NCBI GenBank assembly: GCA_014239955.1
Contig: JAAZXW010000019.1
Location: 53,298-117,297 of the forward strand
From: Methanobacteriota archaeon
Lineage (GTDB): Archaea > Thermoplasmatota > Poseidoniia > Poseidoniales > Thalassarchaeaceae
DNA: 64,000 bases
Direction of reading: 5' to 3'
In this document: positions 37,263 through 45,191 of the stretch, one piece after another
How positions within the stretch are numbered: the stretch's first letter is position 1
Layout of the letters: the number at the start of each line of letters is the position of its first letter
The notes under the pieces: model-generated
The model's input: the letters and a program-made list of their open reading frames with translations, nothing else
What the model was told of the DNA's origin: nothing
Database searches by the model: none
Position numbers and translations under genes: made by a program

Positions 37263-39518
37263 CTACTTTTTGGTCCGGCGCTTCGAATTTATTGTTTTCT
37301 TTAGATTTCCTATGAGAATGCTTGCATCGGACTTGGTAATGGTGTGAATTGATTCGGTTTTGATAGCATCCATAGCTTCTTCGATTGGCATTTCTAGCGA
37401 ATCAGTCATAGAGATTATTGTAGCAACCTGCTTTTCCGTAGCAGGAGAATTTTTGTCTAACTCAATTAGAGCCCCGATTGCATCGCTTGCTGAGCCCCCC
37501 CTTCCACCTGTTAACTCACTAATGTCCGATTCCCCCATTTCATTCAAGAATTTACTCAAGTCTATATTTAGACGATCAGCTAGTTTCAAAATAGTAGCAA
37601 TTTGTTTTTCGCTTGGGGGGATATTTGATTGCACCGATTCACTGAGGCCATCAATAATGGTTCTTACTTCCTCTCCAGTCAGTTCTTCGACGGATTTATC
37701 TCCGATGGTATCAATTCGATCTTCTTCAGTCATCCTATTCAATATCGCCTGGAGATACTGAATCTGCCTTACTGTTGGTTTTTCACGACGCTTCTCCAGT
37801 GCTATGTTATGCATGTCCCTGAATGTTTCAACAAATTGTGACCACTGGTCAGGTGCACTTTCTTCGCCCGCCTCAATTTGGTCTAATTTTTTTTCCATAT
37901 TGGAAGTGAAGTCATATGAAAACAATCCTTGCTCATAAACCTCAGTCTCATTGTAAAAGGGCGCCACTTCAATCCACAGGGTTCTACCATTAATTGTTGG
38001 AATCAATGACGAACCATCTTTTTCGACGTATTTGCGGTCAACTAACTTAGTCACAGTCGATACGTATGTTGAAGGCCTGCCAATTCCGTCTTTCTTCATT
38101 TGCTGAATGATCGAGCTTTCAGAGAATCTCCTTGGGGGTTTAGTGAAATCCGTAGTCATATTTGCATCATCATCGATAGCCCATGAGGTACCGACGGTGA
38201 AACCAATTTCTGGAGGCTGTGTTTGGACGGCATTAGATGACCACGAGAATACCTCTTCCCATCCAGAATGTGTCCTCCATGAGGAGGTACCAGTAACAGG
38301 GACCTCCAATCCGCTACAAGAGAATGACATACTACGTCTTTCTCGAATCGAGTTGGACATCTGGCTAGCTGCAAAACGAGACCATATCAGCGTGTAGAGG
38401 GCCTTTTCATCGCGATCATCACCAGCAATTTCCATAATTGGATTCGTCGGCCTAATTGCTTCGTGCGCGTCTTGCACGTTCCCCTTCTTTTTTCCGGATT
38501 CTCCGACCCCAGCTCCTAGGTAATCCTTGCCAAATTTTGATTCGATATGTTTTCTCATATCATTTCTAGCAGATATATTCGTTCTTGTTGAGTCTGTTCG
38601 AATGTATGTTATGTGGCCTGATTGGTATAGTGTTGAGGCAATTTTACTGGTTTTTGATATTGACCAACCTAGTGTTGAGCTGGAAGTCTGAAGCATTGTA
38701 TCAGTGGTAAATGGGGCCTTCGGACGTCTATTAACGGTGCCATCCTTGACAGATTCTAGATTCAGTGAACGTTCTGAATTGATTACTTCTAATGCAACCT
38801 TTGCTTGACCTGTATTGGAAGTTCTATCGGGGAAATGCTTTCCATCGTCATCGAACCATGCTTCGGAATCAACAGATTCATGAAACCTCACCTTGAGTTC
38901 AATACCATTTGAAAATGCGCTAACTGAGTTGTACTCCTTGGGTACGTGAGCTTCTCTTTCTAGTTCTCTTTCCACGATATATCCTAATGTTGGAGTTTGA
39001 ACCCTGCCCATAGATCTGAGTTTCCACGAGCGGCAAAATTTTGAACACCTAAATCCAACAAGCCTATCCATCAGCCTCCTTACAATTGCAGCATTGACTA
39101 AATCCATATCCAGATCTTGTGGATTGGAAATTGCCGAAATCACAGCATCCTTTGTGATTTCATTAAATGAAACCCTATGCACTGGACCGAAGTCAGACAA
39201 TATCTCAGTCAAACGCCATGCAATAAACTCGCCTTCTCGATCAGGATCCGTTGCGATGTATACCTCATCTACGCCTGATTTTTTGGCCTTAGAGGTAATT
39301 TTCGACATTACTCTCTCAGCCCTATCTGTCCATGACCAAGGTGGTTTTGGCAATTCTCCAGGATTCGAAGCCCACATTGCTTTGGAGCTATCCTTGCTCT
39401 TCCTGTTCGAAGGAAGATCTTGGACGTGACCATTACATGCGTCTACTATCCAACCTTTGCCAAGATATTTTTTGATGGTTCTGGCCTTGGCGCCAGACTC
39501 AAGAATTACGAGTTTCAA
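37263..39518 (-). CDS. topA: DNA topoisomerase I (type IA) with three C-terminal helical repeats instead of zinc ribbons
   Basis: Toprim start LVILESGAKARTIKKYLG, DxDREGE (DPDREGEFIAWRL), catalytic Tyr region GHITYIRTDSTR; C-terminal 3x about 45-aa repeats (PTVRQIQYLQAIL... / PSEKQIATILKLADRL... / ATEKQVATIISMTDSL...), no Cys4 ribbons. Confidence 0.9.
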   Translation of the reverse strand: MKLVILESGAKARTIKKYLGKGWIVDACNGHVQDLPSNRKSKDSSKAMWASNPGELPKPPWSWTDRAERVMSKITSKAKKSGVDEVYIATDPDREGEFIAWRLTEILSDFGPVHRVSFNEITKDAVISAISNPQDLDMDLVNAAIVRRLMDRLVGFRCSKFCRSWKLRSMGRVQTPTLGYIVERELEREAHVPKEYNSVSAFSNGIELKVRFHESVDSEAWFDDDGKHFPDRTSNTGQAKVALEVINSERSLNLESVKDGTVNRRPKAPFTTDTMLQTSSSTLGWSISKTSKIASTLYQSGHITYIRTDSTRTNISARNDMRKHIESKFGKDYLGAGVGESGKKKGNVQDAHEAIRPTNPIMEIAGDDRDEKALYTLIWSRFAASQMSNSIRERRSMSFSCSGLEVPVTGTSSWRTHSGWEEVFSWSSNAVQTQPPEIGFTVGTSWAIDDDANMTTDFTKPPRRFSESSIIQQMKKDGIGRPSTYVSTVTKLVDRKYVEKDGSSLIPTINGRTLWIEVAPFYNETEVYEQGLFSYDFTSNMEKKLDQIEAGEESAPDQWSQFVETFRDMHNIALEKRREKPTVRQIQYLQAILNRMTEEDRIDTIGDKSVEELTGEEVRTIIDGLSESVQSNIPPSEKQIATILKLADRLNIDLSKFLNEMGESDISELTGGRGGSASDAIGALIELDKNSPATEKQVATIISMTDSLEMPIEEAMDAIKTESIHTITKSDASILIGNLKKTINSKRRTKK

Positions 39519-39589
39519 TATTACTCCTCAGGATTTGAATCGCCGCAACATGCCCTGTATAAACATGAGTGATGAGATGGTGCTGCAAC

Positions 39590-39615
39590 GCGCGCGCTCG
39601 CGCGCTCGCGCGTGT
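39590..39615. repeat. alternating CG tract (CGCGCGCTCGCGCGCTCGCGCG) in the topA/pyrD divergent intergenic region
   Basis: 26 nt of nearly pure alternating CpG with an embedded perfect hairpin GCGCGCG-CT-CGCGCGC; unique in this roughly 48% GC window. Confidence 0.8.
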
Positions 39616-39687
39616 AACCGAATGTAATTGGCTACAAAAATTGAATTTTTCAATATTTCATGCGTAACTATTGAAGAATAGATTCGA

Positions 39688-40803
39688 TTGGCAACATTGA
39701 TGGGAGTAGCATGGAGGCTTTTCGGGAATCCAGCACTTCGTCTTATTGACTCGGAAAATGCCCATTCAATCTCCATGAAAGCTCTGAAAACAATTGGCGA
39801 GACTCAATCGGGGCAATCATTGCTTAATGCGTTATACGGGTCTCCTGAGGTGCCGATTGAAGTGTTCGGTAAGTTATTCCACCATCCTCTTGGATTAGCC
39901 CCTGGTTTTGATAAAGGCGCAGAGGCACTTTTGTCCTGGTCAGCAATGGGATTCTCATGGTGCGAATATGGTGGTGTCACTAGGTATCCGCAGGACGGGA
40001 ATGCCAAACCCAGGATGTTTAGGGCTAACAAACACCACGCACTAGTAAACAAAATGGGTTTCAATAACCCAGGTGCTTCGGAGATGCGCAAAAGGCTTAG
40101 TGCAAGGAAGTCCGCAAACAGATGGCCGAAGTCTCCAGTTGCCGCAAATATTGGTCGTTCTAAGAAGGTACCAAATGAGCACGCGGCTGATGATTATGCA
40201 GCGACACTAGAGTTGCTGTGGGACCATGCGGACATGTTTGTACTGAACATTTCTTCACCGAATACGCCAGGACTTAGGGATCTTCAGGGCCATGAATACC
40301 TCGGGTCGATATTAAAATCTTGTAATTCTATTAGATCTATGAAGGGTCATTCAAAACCCATCCTATTGAAGCTGTCTCCGGACACTAATGATGATGATAT
40401 TAGGGATACTGTTTCGTTTTCACAACAAATGGGAATAGATGGCATAGTCGCTACCAATACCACAATCAAAAGACCCATTCCGCTATCAACTCAGTCGCGA
40501 AAAGCATTCTCGAGCGAGGGGGGCCTGTCTGGTCGGCCATTGCATTCTCGAGCGTTAGAAGTAATCAATATGGTGTATGATGAAACCGACGGAAAGTTGC
40601 CAATCGTTGGAGTGGGGGGAATTGACTCCAAGGACTCGGCTTGGGAGGCAATAATCTCTGGGGCGTCGCTAATTCAACTTTATTCTGCACTTGTGTTCAA
40701 TGGCCCTACAGTAGTGTCATCTATCGTTAAGGGCCTGAAGAAGAGGGTCAACGAGTCTGGCTTTTCTTCTATTAACGAAGCCGTTGGATACAAACACATT
40801 TAG
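39688..40803 (+). CDS. pyrD: dihydroorotate dehydrogenase (quinone), class 2
   Basis: GLAPGFDKGAEAL...GFSWCEYGGVTRYPQDGNAKPRMFR...NKMGFNNPG, C-terminal GVGGIDS...IQLYSAL; TTG start, first ATG 39700. Confidence 0.85.
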   Translation: MATLMGVAWRLFGNPALRLIDSENAHSISMKALKTIGETQSGQSLLNALYGSPEVPIEVFGKLFHHPLGLAPGFDKGAEALLSWSAMGFSWCEYGGVTRYPQDGNAKPRMFRANKHHALVNKMGFNNPGASEMRKRLSARKSANRWPKSPVAANIGRSKKVPNEHAADDYAATLELLWDHADMFVLNISSPNTPGLRDLQGHEYLGSILKSCNSIRSMKGHSKPILLKLSPDTNDDDIRDTVSFSQQMGIDGIVATNTTIKRPIPLSTQSRKAFSSEGGLSGRPLHSRALEVINMVYDETDGKLPIVGVGGIDSKDSAWEAIISGASLIQLYSALVFNGPTVVSSIVKGLKKRVNESGFSSINEAVGYKHI

Positions 40804-40825
40804 CGAGGGGTTGTGAGAATATGTC

Positions 40826-41206
40826 ATGGCACTAACTAGGATCACACGACTTGCAATAGTATTCGGCTCATCAATCGCCATACTGGGCCTAATGATGGCA
40901 AGCGTGGATCCAGAGGTTCAGTATTCAGTAGATGAGATAATGAACGAGCCTGAAAGATTTCAAGATAGCAAGGTTTTCGTTAGGGGGGTTGTGTCTCCTG
41001 AATCTATTGACAATTCGGATATGAGATTCATGCTTGACGGTACTTCCCACGAGATATTGGTTGACTTTGCTGATTCTCCAATACCTGACGGCTTTGACGA
41101 AGGTCGAACCATTGCTGTCCGCGGCAATCTGAATTTTCAGAATGGGTTCTGGATAATTGACTCATACGAAATTCAGACGGGATGCCCTTCAAAATACGAG
41201 TCATGA
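40826..41206 (+). CDS. ccmE: cytochrome c maturation heme chaperone CcmE, archaeal CxxxY variant
   Basis: N-terminal TM anchor, OB-fold region aligning with E. coli CcmE (MRFMLDGTSHEILVDFADSPIPDGFDEGRTIAVRGNL vs [36 protein letters not shown]), C-terminal GCPSKY in place of the HDENY heme-binding motif. Confidence 0.6.
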   Translation: MALTRITRLAIVFGSSIAILGLMMASVDPEVQYSVDEIMNEPERFQDSKVFVRGVVSPESIDNSDMRFMLDGTSHEILVDFADSPIPDGFDEGRTIAVRGNLNFQNGFWIIDSYEIQTGCPSKYES

Positions 41207-41267
41207 GCACTGGTCATGTTCATACGTGACCTCTGTACGCTAAATATGGGCTAGGGGGGGAGTTGAC

Positions 41268-41562
41268 GTGCTCTATTTTTCACAAATCGTCGAAAATGGT
41301 GACCCGAAGTCCGAGGGCGGCGCAAACGAACCTCTGGAATTACTCCAGTTGACTGCGATGTCTCGCCCCCAAGAGATCCAGGTTGGCGGGAGGGAAATCC
41401 GGAGGGATTTCCCGAGCGTCTTATGCCCGGGAACCAGGTCAGGCGCGGAAGCGAGCAGCCCGACCGGGGATGCTGGATGCCTTGGGACTTCGGGACGGAG
41501 AAGACTGGAGTGCAAGTTCCATTGGTGACGAGCGTCCACCGAGGACATGCCCACCAATCGAG
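41268..41562 (+). ncRNA. ffs: signal recognition particle RNA (7S/SRP RNA); ends approximate
   Basis: GC-rich 300-nt ORF-poor island; CCAGGTCAGGCGCGGAAGCGAGCAGCC matches the universally conserved SRP RNA domain IV (E. coli 4.5S CCAGGUCAGGUCCGGAAGGAAGCAGCC) with GGAA tetraloop; preceding hairpin GGGAAATCC-GGAGG-GATTTCCC fits helix 6; long complementary 5'/3' strands (CCCAAG/CTTGGG, ACTCCAGT/ACTGGAGT) fit helix 5; TAAATAT box at 41240. Confidence 0.7.
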
Positions 41563-41564
41563 AC

Positions 41565-42053
41565 TCAGGACGATAGTCTCGAAATTTCATCGGCACCCAC
41601 ACCGCCCATTGAACACACAATGCTGAAGTGTTCACTGGAAACTGGCTGTACAGACAATCTTTGGCCCCTCTGCAATAGAGGCATCCCTTCTAAATCGCCA
41701 TTGGCTCTCATATCAGGTAGGCCAATGGCATCGAGGGCTGATATCGGTTCTATATCGACCATCATCCATCGTGGATTATCCGGTGTTGCCTTGGGATCAA
41801 AATACTTAGAATCTACATTCTGAGCGGTAAAGTCGGGATATCCCTCCTTGCAGACTTTGGCTACGCCTGCCACATGTGGTGGTTTGCAATTTGAATGGTA
41901 GAAAAGAACAAAGTCACCTACAGACATTTTGTCTCTCATAATATTCCGTGCTTGGTAGTTCCTAACTCCATCCCAATGTGTCGACCCATCAATAACAAGT
42001 TGCTCCCATGGATAGACATTGGGTTCGCTTTTCATCAGCCAATAATTTACCAT
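41565..42053 (-). CDS. EVE (PUA-like) domain protein
   Basis: MVNYWLMKSEPNVYPWEQL...GVRNYQARNIMRDKMSVGDFVLFYHS matches the EVE/thymocyte-nuclear-protein-1-like N-terminus; start trimmed to MVNYWL. Confidence 0.65.
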   Translation of the reverse strand: MVNYWLMKSEPNVYPWEQLVIDGSTHWDGVRNYQARNIMRDKMSVGDFVLFYHSNCKPPHVAGVAKVCKEGYPDFTAQNVDSKYFDPKATPDNPRWMMVDIEPISALDAIGLPDMRANGDLEGMPLLQRGQRLSVQPVSSEHFSIVCSMGGVGADEISRLSS

Positions 42054-42090
42054 GTAAATCGTAGCCATAGGAAGGCAATCAACATTGGCT

Positions 42091-45063
42091 TCACCATGCA
42101 TCCCTAGTTTGTTCGAAAACAACTGCGTCGCGCGTAATGTCGGAAGTACCCTTACTAGTTACGATATTGTTCAAACCTGCCGTTTTCACCATTGCTGACA
42201 TTCCCCCAGTGAGTCCAAGATTCGAAGTCACCATGAAGGAGTAGATGGCTGGCAACAATAGTAATGCCGACAATGCTGCTACAGTGAGTAGAATGATGAC
42301 TACTGTAACGAACGGTGCGATTGCATCGATTTTAATGCCATAAGCACAGGTCAATCCAGCAGCTGTAACAGTTGTTGCTTCGAAAAGACTCATCCCCGTA
42401 CTTGCACAGGCCGTACGAATCGCATCCAATGAACCACCCAATTCCTTCACCCTGTTAGCAATGTGAATGGAAAAGTCAATTCCAACACCAACTAGAATTG
42501 AGCCAATCATCACAGTCACGAGCGAAAGGGTGACACCCCCGGTGTCCATAACTAGCCATTGCATTGCAACCGTGAAGCCAACAGGAATTGTAGTTAGAAG
42601 TGCAAATCTGATATCTCTGAATACCAGCGCTAGTGTGATCACAGTAAAACCTAAGGCGAATGCAAGAGATGACCATTGGGATTCAACGATCAGTTTATTC
42701 ACCTCGATTGTGATGGAAGCAACCCCAATTAGGGTGTCACCTAATACGGAAATAGGGTTCTCTGAGTCTCCGGCGGCCCTGGCCCAATTATTGATCTGTT
42801 CAGCGGTCACGGCAGTAGATTTGACATCCATGAATGGCATATCGATGTAGATCAGCGTTCTCTGGTAATCGGGTGAAATGAAGAGCTCTCGCATTTCCTC
42901 TGTCATGCTGTTGTAGAATACGTATATCAGAAAATTCTGAACCTGCCTCCCGCCATCATCCTCTTGGGCGTCCAAAGTATCTAGAATGGTCCAGAAGGAT
43001 ACGTTTCCGGACTGTTCACGGTCGAATATCAGCTCTGCTACCTCCTTAATTGGCTCTGGGACGGGGTAATCGTCCAGAACATCTTGAATGATGTCGTTTA
43101 TTGGTGATCCAGAGACATTGACACCTACGGCAATTGCCTTCATTAGGAAGACTATTGACACTGCAGTGGCGTTTTCTACGTCATTGCAATTAGATTCTAG
43201 ATTCTCGATTCCCTCGAGATTAGCATAGGGGTGTTCTGCTGTAATCGATCCTATGCCAAATTCTGGTTCTGCCTGAATGTTGGCCTCAACGAGCAAGAAT
43301 CCAGGTTGGCCTGCCTCGAACTCATTTGAGTAGACTTCCATTTTCTGAACTGCCTCGACCTCATTGGGGGCCATTTTCAGGAGATCGATATTTTCCTCTA
43401 CATTCTGTCGATTATATCCTGCTGAGATTAGCATCAGTGTAAGAAATAATGCGAGTGTCACTCGAGACCACTTCACTGGCAAGTTAACTGCTGCAACGAA
43501 GACTTTCGGAGGGGGATGAGAGGGTTTTTTCAGATCGAGTAGAATTGTTAGATTGGGGACCATTAGCATAGTCATGAAGTAAACCACGACAATCCCGCCC
43601 GCCAAAGCCCAACCAACGGTCTGAATGGGCTTCATGGGTGCAAAGGTAAGTGAAATGAAGCCAATTACCGTGGTCATTGCAGACAGGAATACCGCCCGAC
43701 CAGTGGAGTTCAGAGCAGCGGCCATCTTCTCATGCGGGGTGCCCTTGGATTCAGCATACCTGTTTGTGATGTGGAGCCCATAAGAAACCCCTAACGAGAG
43801 GATTATTGGCCCTACAAGAATCACAGTCATAGTGACTTCGTAATCAATCAAACCGATTATCCCCAGTGTAACCCAGACAGCACAAAGAGTAGGCAAGCCG
43901 GCGATAATCACAACCTTGATTCCTTGAACGAAACGAATCCGTCCTGTTTGGAGTAAGTCGCAATGGAATATGAACAGCATGAATGCAACGATAACACATC
44001 CTTGCGGGAAGGCCTCCCAGAACATCTTGAATGACTCCTCGGTTACGGCATTAGTCAGAGGTGCCGGTCCAGTTAGTGTCATCCTGAGGCACAACGAATC
44101 TTCCTCAATAGGGCACTTGCCCTGGGAATCCGGGGTGCCCCAGTTGTTGTTCTCACCGATTGCATCAATCTTTCCTTGGGTTTGGGTAACAATATCTCCA
44201 ACTGACATGTCTCCGGTTTCATCTGCAATTCCTATGATTATCACTGCACGATTCCAACCATAAGCGCTGAGTTCTTCCGTGGACGTACCGACATCTCTGA
44301 CTAATTTGTCTAAGGCGTTCTGGGGCATTTCTTGGAGAATCTGGTTGACTCTCTGTTGTTCATCGGGAATGGCATAGTTCCCAATCAGATCGCTCTGAGC
44401 ATCTATCGTCTCATTTATCTCATCCGAGAGTTGCTGATTCCCCGTAGCTTCTGCAAGACCGGAAAAGAAGGCCTTGACAACACGACCTCCGCTTGAGTTA
44501 ACTTCCTTAATAACTGTAGAAATCGATAGCACGTAGATAACGTTGTCATCGGCCCCTTTATCGTTCGTCTGATTATTGATTACCCTCTCGACACTATCAA
44601 TTTGGTCAAGTATGTTAATCTGGGTGACATTGTAGTTATACGATTCCACGTATATTACCATGACATTTGTAGTCCAGTCTTTCTCCACTTGAGCAATGAG
44701 ATTCTTTACGCTGTGCGGGTCATCATCGGTCGGCAGGTAAACCTCCAAGTCACCATTCACGTTTAGGGCGGCCTCTTCACTGCAGAATGCTGGATTGTCA
44801 AAACTATCTCTACAATCCAATACCCCAGAGTGAGGAAGTAGTGACAAAGTGAAAACAAGCGATAATAGAACAGCCCAAATTGGGAACATTGTAAGTATGC
44901 TGGAGCTATTTGACTCTCGGAATTTCCTTCGGATACGGTTGTTAAACATAGCAATCGATCCTTTGATTTTCTCTGAATCAGTATTAGAAATACCAGTTCT
45001 TGCGCCATCGATTATTGAGTTGAATGACGTGCCTAATGAGTCGCCGATACGCTTCTTCGCCAT
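42091..45063 (-). CDS. RND-superfamily exporter of the MMPL/SecDF-like type (two TM bundles, two large periplasmic-like loops)
   Basis: 990 aa with duplicated architecture: TM1 + large soluble loop + 5 TM, repeated; Gly-rich TM motifs typical of RND/MMPL transporters. Confidence 0.65.
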   Translation of the reverse strand: MAKKRIGDSLGTSFNSIIDGARTGISNTDSEKIKGSIAMFNNRIRRKFRESNSSSILTMFPIWAVLLSLVFTLSLLPHSGVLDCRDSFDNPAFCSEEAALNVNGDLEVYLPTDDDPHSVKNLIAQVEKDWTTNVMVIYVESYNYNVTQINILDQIDSVERVINNQTNDKGADDNVIYVLSISTVIKEVNSSGGRVVKAFFSGLAEATGNQQLSDEINETIDAQSDLIGNYAIPDEQQRVNQILQEMPQNALDKLVRDVGTSTEELSAYGWNRAVIIIGIADETGDMSVGDIVTQTQGKIDAIGENNNWGTPDSQGKCPIEEDSLCLRMTLTGPAPLTNAVTEESFKMFWEAFPQGCVIVAFMLFIFHCDLLQTGRIRFVQGIKVVIIAGLPTLCAVWVTLGIIGLIDYEVTMTVILVGPIILSLGVSYGLHITNRYAESKGTPHEKMAAALNSTGRAVFLSAMTTVIGFISLTFAPMKPIQTVGWALAGGIVVVYFMTMLMVPNLTILLDLKKPSHPPPKVFVAAVNLPVKWSRVTLALFLTLMLISAGYNRQNVEENIDLLKMAPNEVEAVQKMEVYSNEFEAGQPGFLLVEANIQAEPEFGIGSITAEHPYANLEGIENLESNCNDVENATAVSIVFLMKAIAVGVNVSGSPINDIIQDVLDDYPVPEPIKEVAELIFDREQSGNVSFWTILDTLDAQEDDGGRQVQNFLIYVFYNSMTEEMRELFISPDYQRTLIYIDMPFMDVKSTAVTAEQINNWARAAGDSENPISVLGDTLIGVASITIEVNKLIVESQWSSLAFALGFTVITLALVFRDIRFALLTTIPVGFTVAMQWLVMDTGGVTLSLVTVMIGSILVGVGIDFSIHIANRVKELGGSLDAIRTACASTGMSLFEATTVTAAGLTCAYGIKIDAIAPFVTVVIILLTVAALSALLLLPAIYSFMVTSNLGLTGGMSAMVKTAGLNNIVTSKGTSDITRDAVVFEQTRDAW

Positions 45064-45191
45064 GTCGCTCCTGCTACGACGTGAAACGGCATACCTTCAA
45101 CCCCTCGGAAGACATGTTTCGTGATGTGTATTTTTGCAATGACACGGCAATGGTCAAGAACGCCAGACTTTTCCAATAATATGGTGACACT

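Noticed and set aside
39586-39620. CRISPR-like repeat
   Set aside because: A single short CG-only tandem (CTCGCGCG x2-3) with no spacers and no cas genes anywhere in the window; interpreted as a Z-DNA/cruciform-prone tract instead.
41268-41823. Three overlapping predicted ORFs (41268..41528 +, 41273..41635 -, 41383..41823 +) in a GC-rich island
   Set aside because: Region carries the conserved SRP RNA domain IV sequence and long complementary helix strands; the ORFs have low-complexity Gly/Arg/Pro-rich translations typical of GC-rich non-coding RNA read as protein.
42467-42850. Antisense and embedded ORFs inside large genes (e.g. 42467..42850, 5170..5487, 36278..36865, 6269..6535, 56055..56513)
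   Set aside because: Lie wholly within the opposite strand of genes with strong family signatures; translations are low-complexity with no motifs; typical shadow ORFs.
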